A DNA stretch of 52,189 bases from positions 196,389,107 through 196,441,295 of the forward strand of contig NC_068981.1 of assembly GCF_001194135.2 (NCBI RefSeq), in the 5' to 3' direction. Shown here piece after piece: positions 21,851-34,713 of the stretch (the first letter of the stretch is position 1; the number at the start of each line of letters is the position of its first letter). This stretch comes from Octopus bimaculoides (taxonomy: Eukaryota). Both the position numbers and the translations under genes were made by a program. The notes under the pieces were generated by a model. It made no database searches. It worked only from the letters and a program-made list of their open reading frames with translations, and had not been told where the DNA came from.

Positions 21851-23629
21851 ACATTTTTGACCGGGACACTAGCTAGACATGGCTTCAGTAAGATGTTGTT
21901 TTATATGGTGAACAGCCCACCTAATCTACGATAGAAAATTAGAAAAAGAAACATAATCACAACTTATCACGTACATAACCAGAAATTTACTAGCTCTAGA
22001 ATGGTAACACTTACCCTTAGCATGTATGTGCTATAAGATTTTTAACGTGCCCAACGTTAGCGTTAGCTATTGATGCTAAGATATTAACGCATTCCAGATA
22101 AAACGTTACAAGGGAAAACTTACACTTGCACGGTATTCAACACAACAATGAGCTTGTAACTACTGAAATTAATCTAATTATTCACATCTTGCATGGGACA
22201 GGCAGAGGTCATACACGGATGTAGAGATCGGCTGCTAGATGGATGTGAAGATCTTGCCAAAAATTTGCTTGAGACAAAAAGCATCTTTGGAGAATTAATG
22301 GAAAAAAATCTACAACTTTTGTATCCAGGCTATAGATTGTCATTTCTATGTATTATCGAAAGTAAATCAGATTATGTAACAACACATGTGCGTAAAAACT
22401 TACAAATCCTGGGGTTCTACAAATAAGAACNNNNNNNNNNNNNNNNNNNNNNNNNNNNNNNNNNNNNNNNNNNNNNNNNNNNNNNNNNNNNNNNNNNNNN
22501 NNNNNNNNNNNNNNNNNNNNNNNNNNNNNNNNNNNNNNNNNNNNNNNNNNNNNNNNNNNNNNNNNNNNNNNNNNNNNNNNNNNNNNNNNNNNNNNNNNNN
22601 NNNNNNNNNNNNNNNNNNNNNNNNNNNNNNNNNNNNNNNNNNNNNNNNNNNNNNNNNNNNNNNNNNNNNNNNNNNNNNNNNNNNNNNNNNNNNNNNNNNN
22701 NNNNNNNNNNNNNNNNNNNNNNNNNNNNNNNNNNNNNNNNNNNNNNNNNNNNNNNNNNNNNNNNNNNNNNNNNNNNNNNNNNNNNNNNNNNNNNNNNNNN
22801 NNNNNNNNNNNNNNNNNNNNNNNNNNNNNNNNNNNNNNNNNNNNNNNNNNNNNNNNNNNNNNNNNNNNNNNNNNNNNNNNNNNNNNNNNNNNNNNNNNNN
22901 NNNNNNNNNNNNNNNNNNNNNNNNNNNNNNNNNNNNNNNNNNNNNNNNNNNNNNNNNNNNNNNNNNNNNNNNNNNNNNNNNNNNNNNNNNNNNNNNNNNN
23001 NNNNNNNNNNNNNNNNNNNNNNNNNNNNNNNNNNNNNNNNNNNNNNNNNNNNNNNNNNNNNNNNNNNNNNNNNNNNNNNNNNNNNNNNNNNNNNNNNNNN
23101 NNNNNNNNNNNNNNNNNNNNNNNNNNNNNNNNNNNNNNNNNNNNNNNNNNNNNNNNNNNNNNNNNNNNNNNNNNNNNNNNNNNNNNNNNNNNNNNNNNNN
23201 NNNNNNNNNNNNNNNNNNNNNNNNNNNNNNNNNNNNNNNNNNNNNNNNNNNNNNNNNNNNNNNNNNNNNNNNNNNNNNNNNNNNNNNNNNNNNNNNNNNN
23301 NNNNNNNNNNNNNNNNNNNNNNNNNNNNNNNNNNNNNNNNNNNNNNNNNNNNNNNNNNNNNNNNNNNNNNNNNNNNNNNNNNNNNNNNNNNNNNNNNNNN
23401 NNNNNNNNNNNNNNNNNNNATGCGTACATATAAATATGTACATATATATATGTATAAATAATATATATATATAAATAATTCTATGTATACACAGACACTC
23501 AAACACACGCATACATCCATGTGTGTGTGTGTGTGTAGGTGTGTACACGTGTGTGTGCGCGTGCGTGCGTGTGGGGGGTATGTACGGATGTGTGTTGATA
23601 TGTGCAATAAATTGTTTATAATTCTACCA

Positions 23630-24005
23630 TTCTTTTATTCCTTTGTTTCAGCCGTTTGACTGCGGCCATGCTGGAGCACCGCCTTTAGTCGAACAAACAC
23701 AGCCCTAGGACCTATTCTCTGTAAGCCAAGTACATATTCTATCGGGCTCCTTTGCCGAACCGATAAGTTGCAGGGACGTAGATACACCAACTTTGGTTAT
23801 CAACCATGTGCACACACACACACACACACATATACATATATACGACGGGCTTCTTTCAGTTTCCGTCTACCAAATTCACTCACAAGGTTTTGGTCGGCCC
23901 AAGGCTATAGTAGAAGACGCTTCCCCAAGGTACCACGCAGTGGGACTGAACTCAGAATCATGTGGTTGGTAAGCAGGCTACTTACCACACAGCCACTCCT
24001 GCGCC
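23630..24005 (-). mobile_element. SINE family A, full length
   Basis: Minus-strand head ggcgcaggagtggctgtgtggtaag. Confidence 0.92.
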
Positions 24006-24582
24006 TAAATATGCACAAAATATTTTAACAATTTTTTTTATTGGTTCCTAATAATATTCAATTTCAAAAATATGATTGGATTATTTAAAACATCAAATGG
24101 CCAGTGGGATCCAAGGGAGTAAAACAGGATTCTAAGGGGGTCCCTAAGTAATAACGGCTGGGAACCACTAGTTTAGACGGTATATATTCATAACATACAA
24201 GATTCACCGTTGTGAGAGTGACGTGGAAACATTGCGGTTTTTCGACCTTATTCTGTGTCGCAGCCAAATCTAATCCGAATCCATGAACTTAACGTGGTTA
24301 CAAGCTGTTGGTTATAGAAACCAGCAAACAAATTATCTACTGATGCGTGCTGATGTCTGCCAGAGATATTAATTCATAGGATGCGATCAGAACGGTGAGA
24401 ATCCAGACAATAACCAGTTTTTACCTTATTAATACGTTCTTGTAAATTTGGACGTAATATCTAATGACTGTTGGTTTTCGTCGTCGGAGAATACTTACCT
24501 CCCTACTTTACTGAGAGAAAATATTGCAAAAAAATTTTAACTAACCCATTTATGCAATGGGATGTCTCCTCTCTCTCTCTCC

Positions 24583-24630
<48 letters not shown>

Positions 24631-24844
24631 TTTCTTTGTTTGTTTCTTTCTTTCTCACCTTCTCTCTCAGCTCCACTGACCAACTAAGATGGCTAAACTG
24701 ACACCGGTCACATAGCGACCACCCTATGAAACGGACAATATGTCGTCACAACATTTACAGGGTGCACCCCCCCCCCAAAAAAAAACATCTCATAATTTAC
24801 ACGGGGATTGATGTAGTACTAATAAAATTAGGCTGATATTTTCA

Positions 24845-25205
24845 TAGGGGTGGTTGTGTCATAAGAAGCTTGCTTCCCAACCACATGGTTCCGGGTTCGG
24901 TCCCACTGCGTGGCACCTTGGGCAAGTGTTTTCTACTAAAGCCTCAGACCGACCAAAGCCTTGTGAGTGAATTTCGTGGACGGAAACTGAAAGAAGCCCA
25001 TCGTGTGTGTGTGTGCGTGTGTGTGTGTCTTTGTGTCTATGTTTGTTCCCCTACCACTGTTTGACATAGCGGTCCGGCCAAAAAGACCAATAGAATCAGT
25101 ACCATGCTTTAACAAATTAAGTTCTGGGGTTGGTTTATTCGACTAAGAATTCTTTAAGGCGGTGCCCCAGCATGGCCGGAGTCTAATGAGTGAAACAAAT
25201 AAAAG
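24845..25205 (+). mobile_element. SINE family A variant, full length
   Basis: gggtggttgtgtcataagaagcttgcttcccaaccacatggttccgggttcggtccc...gaaacaaataaaag. Confidence 0.88.
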
Positions 25206-25713
25206 ACAAAAGATAATGTGTGCATTCGTTGCTGAAGCTTCAATCAAGAATGGAGAATTTAGGAGAATCGGTATGTGCTGGAAATAGCAGCTGAATCTTG
25301 CTGAATTCCCACTCTGCTGTCTTATGTAAAGAAAGATACATTTATCATTGTAGTTCTTAAGTAAAGCGACGGGTTGGTCACAACTGGAGCGCATAGGTTT
25401 GCTCTTTTGTGGTTGACCTGGGTCTAAACCCTAATCCGAGAGACTATGTTTGATGCGGTGTCTCCGAAATCGACCCTAGAACCTGAGTAATATTTATTTT
25501 GTCGACCCCTGGGTATGGAAGAGGTAAAGTCGACACCAGCAGGATTCGAACACATATCAAAAGAACGCATGACCATGTATGTAGGAATTTCGATTCGCAA
25601 TCAAGAGATTTCGAGTTCAATTCCATGATGTGACATCTTGGATGACTTATAACCTAAGCTCCAGCTGGCCAAAGCCCGTCTTGTGAACGGACTGCGCCCA
25701 TTGTTAATATATA

Positions 25714-25984
25714 CAGTGATCCCTCGACTATCGCGGGTGTTACGTTCCAAAATCCCCGCGATACGTGAAAACAGTACTCTACTTTCTTTTATTCTTTTAT
25801 TTGTTTCAGTCATGTGACTGCGGTCATGCTGGAGCACTGCCTTTTAGTCGAACAAATCGACCACAGCATTTATTTTTTGTAAGCCTAGTACTTATCCTAT
25901 CGGTCTATTTTGCCGAACCGCTACGTTACAGGAACGTAAACGCACCAACATCGGTTGTCAAGTGACGGTGGGGGCCAAACACAA

Positions 25985-26054
<70 letters not shown>

Positions 26055-26330
26055 ATATACATACGACAGGCTTCTTTCAGTTTCCACTCACAAGGCTTGG
26101 GTCAGCCCGAGGCTATGGCAGTGGGACTGAACTCGAGTACATGTGGTTGGTAAGCAAGCTACTTACCACACAGTCACTTCTGCGCCTACTGTATATATTT
26201 CATTATTATTTTTTTTATAATTTATATATATTTATTTTATCATAAATGCAAAACACCACCACAGAGGAATCGACGTAGGCTGAAATGATAAACCGCGATA
26301 GGCGAACCGCGATATGGCGAGGGATCACTG
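25714..26330. mobile_element. Tc1/mariner (pogo/Tigger-like) MITE with nested SINE
   Basis: TA flanks at 25712-13 and 26331-32; TIR CAGTGATCCCTCG at both ends followed by ATCGCGG. Confidence 0.85.
25785..26186 (-). mobile_element. SINE family A nested in the Tigger-like MITE
   Basis: Tail-to-head family A copy lies between the two TIRs. Confidence 0.9.
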
Positions 26331-26692
26331 TATTAGAAAATTACGTTAAAGATGATAGTGACTGCGGAGTACCCAGCCAGTTGCATTATAATTCTTTCTA
26401 ATTTTAGCACAAGGCCAGCAAGTTTGAGGGGAGGGGAAGTCGAATACAGAGACCCCAGCACTTGATTGATACTTTATTCTATCGATCTCGGAAGAATGAT
26501 AGTCAAAAATTGACCTTGTTAGGATATGAACTCAGAACGTAAACAGTCGGAAATATTGGCGCTATGCATTTTGTCCGACGCAATAACGATGTTACCAGTT
26601 CAACACTTTTGCCACTTACATTAAAATGCAAAATGTTCAGTAGCTTTAATTAAAAAGGGAGCAACCATCGCGCGCGCGCGCACACACACTCA

Positions 26693-26732
<40 letters not shown>

Positions 26733-26984
26733 GTGTCACCTTGATTCTGTCTGACAACCATCTTAACTCAATTCAACAGTTGAGGTGATCGAAGAAGTCG
26801 TCTTCGAAACCGACGGAGATCCATTTAAGCATTTAATACAAGTAAACCATTCGTTTCCTGCTCTTCCTTCTCCTCCTCCTCCTGTTCCCCCCTCTCTCTC
26901 TCCCTCTTTCTCTCTCTTTTATTTACTCCTTTCGTTATAATTCTGTCAAGTCTTGGTTCTTTATTTCAACATTGCAACAACAAA

Positions 26985-27060
26985 CAGTTAAAGTGGGCGG
27001 AGCCGGAACCTGTAAATAGGCGTGGCTTTCTCTTTCTATCTGATTAATAATTAATTTATT
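26985..27060. promoter_or_regulatory. Putative promoter/enhancer motif cluster
   Basis: GGGCGGAGC (GC box), CCGGAA (ETS-like), TGTAAATA (Forkhead-like), GGCGTGGC and TGATTAATAATTAAT within ~70 bp of non-repeat DNA; motif match only. Confidence 0.3.
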
Positions 27061-27704
27061 CCCAACTTTCTACTTTCTTCCTCTTCGTTAAAACTACCAG
27101 AAAAAAAAAAAAGCTCCCTCCCCCTCCTCCAAAAGCCAAAAACAAAAACAAAACAAAATAAAAAATACTCTTTCTTTATAAACTCTTATTTTTGTCATTT
27201 CTATTTCGACCATGGCGCCGCACTATTGCTAAAGTCACAAACCCAGCCGCCGCTTCATCACTACTGTTCTTTGTTCCATGCTTTTTTCTTTTTTCTTTTC
27301 CTTTTCCTTTTTTTTTTTGCCTTTTTCGCAAATTTTTTTCGGTTTTTGTTCGTTTTTTAAATTTTTTTTCTATCTCGAAAAAAATTTATTTTTTGTTGAA
27401 ATTTTAATCTTGTTTTCTTTCAGCATTTTTTTGTCAAAGACTTCATTTTTCTGAGACCTTTGTCTCTCCTTGTCTTCGAGAACAGAGCACAAGAGACAAA
27501 GACACAGCAACGTGAGATAACATATAAACAACACAATACTGTTGCTGCTGCTACCACTGCTGGGTCCTCCGTCGCTTATCGACGATGACTATTTGTTTAT
27601 TCCATCAACTGAGAGCATTCCAACAGTCACTTTGAATGGAAGACCACATGATAAGAAGAAAGGGTGGATCTTTGGATTACAATTTAGAAAGAAAGGTGAA
27701 GAGA

Positions 27705-27705
27705 A

Positions 27706-27754
<49 letters not shown>

Positions 27755-27779
27755 AAGAGAGAGAGAGAGNNNNNNNNNN

Positions 27780-27844
<65 letters not shown>

Positions 27845-27845
27845 A
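27705..27845. repeat. (GA)n/(GAAA) microsatellite
   Basis: Seen directly. Confidence 0.97.
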
Positions 27846-28466
27846 GGGGGAGGAGATGTGACTGAAAATAAAGTACCAGTATAGAATTTGTACTTTATTT
27901 CTCAATCAGGAAAAGATGACTGGCAGAGTGGGCCTCGGTGGGGGTTTGAACACAAAAACCAGAGAACGAGAGCGATTACTGCAAGGTGTTCTATCCGACG
28001 CTCTCACAATTCAGTATGTTAGTCGCCTTAACTAAATACAATAAAGGTGAGACAATGGTTGAAGCCTCTATGTGGTCGATGTACCTGCAAGAAATAAAGG
28101 CTAAATCTCCCTGAAATACCATCATAAAAGAAGGATGCATTGGAAAACGAATTCCGGAAGAAAAGACGAAATGGTCACAAATGGAACTCATATAATCGTA
28201 AATTTGTTGTTGATAACATCAATAACATAAGCCTCTAACTGCTCCAGCTAGGCAGGAGTTATTATTTCAAATCTCGCCACGGTTAAGGTTTATGTCTCGA
28301 CAGGCCGACAGGTTAGTGTTGAAGGAGACAATAATAAATACTTTTTTAATAATCTGACTGTTTGTCGGTTTTCCTCTCTATCTATCTATCTATCAATCTA
28401 TTTATCTATCTATCTATCTACCTACCTCACACATATACGCACGCATTCATTCTCTCACTCAACCGT

Positions 28467-28516
<50 letters not shown>

Positions 28517-28548
28517 TCACTCATTCTTTGAATCTCTANNNNNNNNNN

Positions 28549-28598
<50 letters not shown>

Positions 28599-28856
28599 TC
28601 ACTCATTCTTTGAATCTCTATCTCTCACCCTCTCTTTCCACAGCTCTATTCCTATATTCCTTGTCTGTGCATCGTAACATAGTTCGTTTCTCTATTATCG
28701 CCAAGAAACCAATCGCCACTATATACATACGTCGCTAAAAGCCGAGACGAGGCATGAACATCACATCGCCAGTCTCTCCTGCTGTTGGAGATAGATCTGA
28801 CTCTGCAAACACTTCGTACGAAAACTAGACAACAATCTCTTGAAAATGATCTCTAT

Positions 28857-29016
28857 TTTGGCGCCAAACATCGCAAAGAAGTTTGATTATGAAAAATATG
28901 GTGGTTGTTTGAGAAGAGCTTTTAAATATGGCGTCGAGTCACGATGTAATAAATATAGAGTTTCTTTGAAATAGGACCTTCTCCAAAACATGGTGCTTTA
29001 CGAAAGCAACATGGTG
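28857..29016 (+). promoter_or_regulatory. E2F-like palindrome plus four YY1/Pho-like motifs
   Basis: TTTGGCGCCAAA at 28857-28868; AATATGGTG 28895, AATATGGCG 28925, AACATGGTG 28987 and 29008. Confidence 0.3.
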
Positions 29017-29141
29017 GAGTTACATGTTAATTCACACAGTAGCGTTGACCAATATTCCGTAACTTCTGGACAGAGACTCGTCTAAAGTAGAGTTCAGACT
29101 CCTGAAGAGTACAGTGGAGACTCGCCGAGAGTACAGTTGAT

Positions 29142-29717
29142 GGATCTATTTTAAAACGGGGGCCACATTTTTCATTAATGTTTTACGTAGTGTTTTTGGT
29201 ACCGAAAGACTTTCAAACTTCGTATACTTATCTATTTTGTGTTATAGAACAGAAAAATATTTTTGTATTCGAATTTATTTCATGTAAAAAATTGTCTTAT
29301 TTCGATAATTTCAACCAATCACTGACAAGTATTCAGTTGTTTACATTTACTCCTTTGGCTGATTAAGCGATGTAAAGCGTATTTAATCTCCATACCTCCG
29401 TTTTATTTGCTTTTTTCATTTTAAATTTGCTTTAACCCTAACCCTAACCCTAACCCTAACCCTACGGGTTAGGGTTAATTGTTTCAGAATCGTTTGTTTA
29501 TGTAGTCGGCACTTAATGTATATCGGCTGAATGGACGTCAGTGATTGGTTGAAATTACAGAAATACGACAACTTTAACATGGAATAACTTATGGATTTCT
29601 TTTTTCTTTAAGAAGACTAAGAGAAAAAAGATGTTTTATATGACACATTCTACCAGTGTTCCAAGTTTCAAAGTGTTTCGTTAATGAAAAATGTAGCCCC
29701 CGTTTTAAAAAATATCC
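29142..29717. mobile_element. 576-bp MITE with 37-bp TIRs, 8-bp TSD and central telomeric repeats
   Basis: TSD CAGTTGAT at 29134-29141 and 29718-29725; TIRs 34/37 identical; internal perfect 21-bp IR 29306-29326/29537-29557. Confidence 0.9.
29433..29478. repeat. Interstitial telomere-type repeats (TAACCC)5 followed by GGGTTAGGGTTA
   Basis: Seen directly, inside the MITE. Confidence 0.95.
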
Positions 29718-30379
29718 CAGTTGATTAAAAGCTATAAACACATGTAATATTCTATAAAGCTGAAGAATATTTCCCCTTGTCGTCTTCAGTTATATCTGAC
29801 GAGGGAAATATGGTTCCAAGGAGAATAGTTAGTTCGATGTTACCAATGTTAGTTTCGAAACCGAATACTTCACTTCTCGGTATCTTCTCTTAGCTATGGA
29901 ACACCAACAATAATAACAACTGCATAAGCAATAACAAAAACTACTACTACTACTACTGCTGATGCTGATGCTGCTGCTGCTGCTGCTGATGATGATGATG
30001 GTGATGATGATGATGATACTACTTCTATTACTGCTGCTACTGTTGTTGTTGTTGCTGTTGTTGTTGTTTCAAGAATAGAAACTATAGCTGTCACTTTGTT
30101 TCATATATTTTCTCAACCTAGGGAATTACGGATATACACATCGTTCAGTCGACGTTCCAGCTGTGGCCTGGCCACTTCTTTTCCTTTATTTCTTTTGACA
30201 TATTGTTTAAGAATTAATTTAACATGTCACATTATTTCCGCCCCGTTTCTCCCTATCCTCCCAGACACAACTGTAACACTGTCCCAAAATCCCTATCCTA
30301 AAATCCCATTGCCTTCAAACTCAACTTTAGCATTCCATAACACAGTTAAAACACCATCCTAACAACATCCCCCCCACTC

Positions 30380-30448
<69 letters not shown>

Positions 30449-30842
30449 TCACAACTGCAGTACCATTCCAACAGTCCTATCTCTCTCACACAGCTAAAAC
30501 ACTATTACAACAATCCTGTTGTTCCCACGTAGCTCTGACACATTTACAACACAACACAACACCATCCTAACAAGGTTATCTTTCCCGGTTGTTGGTGTTG
30601 TCCCGGTTGTGAAGCGTTGTAAATGCCTAGATGCAGATGAATGGGAGATATGGTGTTGTTAGAGTTATGTCTAAGCATGTTTGTGGATATTGTTGTCCGG
30701 TACCGAGTGGATGAGACAGTGTTGTTAGAATGGCCGGATTATTTTTATACTTGAGATGCAAATTTGTTTATACGGATGCAAAAACATGCGGGATGTTCAC
30801 CACTGGAACGTCATTCCTGGGACTGAACAATGATAGCAACAT

Positions 30843-30896
<54 letters not shown>

Positions 30897-31734
30897 ATTC
30901 TACAACTACTACTACTACCACTACTACACTTTGTGTAGCATATTATGAGAAAGACATTAGATATTCCCGTAAGAACTTAAAGCGCTTAAATTACTCTGAA
31001 AAAACTCCAAGTTGATTTCTCCCGGTCTTTAACCAGATTTGAACATCTTATTGTCAGCTAAAAATACACTATAGACATACAGCACATCATTTTGACGCAA
31101 TCTTTTCAATCACAAAGCCATGTCTGCGCCCATGTTACCCTAATGTAATCACTTCTCTTTGCTAACGCTATTGTGTGCAACAAACCCTGCTTCCAATATT
31201 TCTTTCTGCGAAACCTTTCTCCATGTATATTTATTAATAAAAGAAATCTCAACAGAATACGTACAGAAGGAGAAAATAATAATGTGAGGTGCTCATAGCT
31301 ATTATTGACGTCAGTGAAGGGAAATATTATAACAGAGAAATGTAACTGCGTTGAGGTGATACTTCACTAGTTAACTACCTTCAGACGTGCCCTCAGTTTT
31401 CAGAAATGAAGTGTGAATTGTTAGGATGTGAGGGAGAGAAAAAGAAAGAGACGGAAAGAGAATGTTGTTAGAGTGGTGTTTTAATTGTATTATGGAGTGT
31501 TGTAGGTGGGTTTGCGGGTAATGGGTAACGTTGTATATCAATAAGTGATCAATACTATTGATTTTTATGTTTGGAGCGGACACCGTAACGGAAACAATGG
31601 TAAGTTACGCGATCATGCTTGTGCTATAAAAAAGTTAAGAAGCAGTAACAAGTAGGAATCAAAATCATTGGGCGTAAAAGGCACTTGGAGAGTTTATTTG
31701 CCACTCTAATGTATTCACTGGGTAAGACGTAGAT

Positions 31735-31768
<34 letters not shown>

Positions 31769-31799
31769 GCCTACATACATACATGCATACATACATACA

Positions 31800-31830
<31 letters not shown>

Positions 31831-32320
31831 TGATATATGTGTGTGTGTATTGTGGAGAGGGAGAGAGAGAGAGGGACAGAGACTGACGGACAGACATATA
31901 AATAGATAGGCACACGCACAGACATATATAACTTTCTATGCATTTATCCATCACCTACTTATCTATCTACCTAGAGTGTAAAAATAATAAACATTAAGAA
32001 CAAAAGTTTGACAGAAATGGAATTCGTTTAACATTTCAGAAAGAGAAAGAGAACATTCTTAACGTTTCAGATGTAAGTCATTCATCGGAAAGAAAGAGAA
32101 AGTAAAAGAGAGATATAGAAAGTGAGTGAGAGAAATAGTAAATGTATAAAAAGGGTGAGAACGATTTATATCTGTCTGTCTATCTATCGACCAATGGTTA
32201 TTATATCAATCTATAAATATATAAATGCATATATATGTATATATGTATATATGTATATATGTATTATTATTGTATATATGTATAGATATATATATGTGTG
32301 TATGTATGTATATATGAATA

Positions 32321-32359
<39 letters not shown>

Positions 32360-33172
32360 NNNNNNNNNNNNNNNNNNNNNNNNNNNNNNNNNNNNNNNNN
32401 NNNNNNNNNNNNNNNNNNNNNNNNNNNNNNNNNNNNNNNNNNNNNNNNNNNNNNNNNNNNNNNNNNNNNNNNNNNNNNNNNNNNNNNNNNNNNNNNNNNN
32501 NNNNNNNNNNNNNNNNNNNNNNNNNNNNNNNNNNNNNNNNNNNNNNNNNNNNNNNNNNNNNNNNNNNNNNNNNNNNNNNNNNNNNNNNNNNNNNNNNNNN
32601 NNNNNNNNNNNNNNNNNNNNNNNNNNNNNNNNNNNNNNNNNNNNNNNNNNNNNNNNNNNNNNNNNNNNNNNNNNNNNNNNNNNNNNNNNNNNNNNNNNNN
32701 NNNNNNNNNNNNNNNNNNNNNNNNNNNNNNNNNNNNNNNNNNNNNNNNNNNNNNNNNNNNNNNNNNNNNNNNNNNNNNNNNNNNNNNNNNNNNNNNNNNN
32801 NNNNNNNNNNNNNNNNNNNNNNNNNNNNNNNNNNNNNNNNNNNNNNNNNNNNNNNNNNNNNNNNNNNNNNNNNNNNNNNNNNNNNNNNNNNNNNNNNNNN
32901 NNNNNNNNNNNNNNNNNNNNNNNNNNNNNNNNNNNNNNNNNNNNNNNNNNNNNNNNNNNNNNNNNNNNNNNNNNNNNNNNNNNNNNNNNNNNNNNNNNNN
33001 NNNNNNNNNNNNNNNNNNNNNNNNNNNNNNNNNNNNNNNNNNNNNNNNNNNNNNNNNNNNNNNNNNNNNNNNNNNNNNNNNNNNNNNNNNNNNNNNNNNN
33101 NNNNNNNNNNNNNNNNNNNNNNNNNNNNNNNNNNNNNNNNNNNNNNNNNNNNNNNNNNNNNNNNNNNNNNNN

Positions 33173-33256
33173 ATAATAATAATGATAATAATAATAATGA
33201 TAATAATAATAATGATAATAATAATAATAATGATAATAATAATAATAATAATGATG

Positions 33257-33302
<46 letters not shown>

Positions 33303-33319
33303 TAATAATAATAATAATG

Positions 33320-33374
<55 letters not shown>

Positions 33375-33605
33375 TAATAATAATAATGATAATAATAATA
33401 ATAATAATAATGATGATAATAATAATAATAATAAGAGTAACAAGAACAACAACGACGATAACTTCGTTTCAGGGAGGTGATGGTGTACATGGCGGCGCAG
33501 CCGAAACTTTTATGAAATTATTCGAAAGATTAACCTACTGGTGATGGTGATGGTGAGGAGGAGGAGGGCGACGATAACGACGACGATGTTGATTATGATC
33601 GTGAC

Positions 33606-33685
<80 letters not shown>

Positions 33686-33835
33686 GAAGAAGAAGAAGAA
33701 GAAGAAGGAGGAGGCGGAGGAGGAGGAGGAGGAGGAAGAGGAGAAGAAGAAGAAGAAGAAGAAGAAGAAGAAGAAGAAGAAGGATGCTAATAATAATAAT
33801 AATAATAATAATGATAATAATAATAGTAATAATAA
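33173..33835. repeat. (AAT)n array and compound trinucleotide array (AGT/AGC/AGA/AGG/AAT)
   Basis: Seen directly. Confidence 0.95.
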
Positions 33836-34202
33836 TTTCGTTTGAGAAGTTAGTAATAATTGAGTTATCGTTAATTTATTCCAGTTTACCTGATGGTAAA
33901 TTGGAATAAATTTGGAGAAGTCCAACACAAGTTTCCTTCTTCTGCGATAAGACATGGCGATATGTGGTTCTTTTCATGTGGGAAAAACTTGTGTTCTTCT
34001 CCATAACCGGAAATTTCTCAGATGTGTAGTGAGGCGTAGCAGTTTGTGCGTGTGCGTGTGCGTGAATGGGAAAGAGAGAGAGAGAGAGAGTCTATGTGAA
34101 TGAGTGTGTGAATGTATGTGAATGCGTGTGAGGATGAGAGAGAAAAAGAGATAGAAGACGGAGGAACATTTGTAAAGGCAGACAGGCAGACAAGCAGAAG
34201 GG

Positions 34203-34205
<3 letters not shown>

Positions 34206-34269
<64 letters not shown>

Positions 34270-34367
34270 GCAGACAGGCAGACAGGCAGGCAGACAGGCA
34301 GACAAGCAGACAGACCGCTAGATAGACAGATAGATAGATAGATAGACAGATAGATAGATAGATAGAC

Positions 34368-34405
<38 letters not shown>
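34206..34405. repeat. (GATA)n/(GACA)n compound microsatellite
   Basis: Seen directly. Confidence 0.95.
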
Positions 34406-34713
34406 CGAATTTATACTCAGACAGAAAGTGAGACAAACAGGGCAGACTAGTAAGACAGGCAGAAAGATAGACAGAGAGACAAAGAGACATATACAGAGAG
34501 AGACATACTGGATATATAGACATGTACTTAGACAGATAGACAGATAGACAGACCGGGGCATACAAATAAAAAGAGATACACAGATATATAATAATGGAGA
34601 AATTATACAAAATGTATAAATGGATGATGAGTAAAGCATCGGCGCAGTTTCGATTACCTGTTGTTATCCGTAGATTTATTGCAGGAACTTCGTAGTGACG
34701 GTCGGGGTAACAG

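Noticed and set aside
22193-22426. 77-aa ORF MGQAEVIHGCRD...
   Set aside because: No recognisable motif or convincing splice sites; cannot be assigned without a search.
26790-26815. GAAGA:TCTTC stem plus GAAAC as an HHR
   Set aside because: The upstream core is not CUGANGA and no NUH/stem I follows.
29433-29478. Ancient telomere-fusion site
   Set aside because: Orientation is CCCTAA then TTAGGG (opposite to an end-to-end fusion), and the repeats lie inside a TSD-flanked MITE.
31575-31605. Micro-exon ending ATG/GTAAGT at 31599
   Set aside because: Good donor, but only a weak GAG acceptor and no supporting reading frame.
33541-33909. Poly-Val/Ala/Arg/Ile ORF
   Set aside because: Pure compound trinucleotide repeat.
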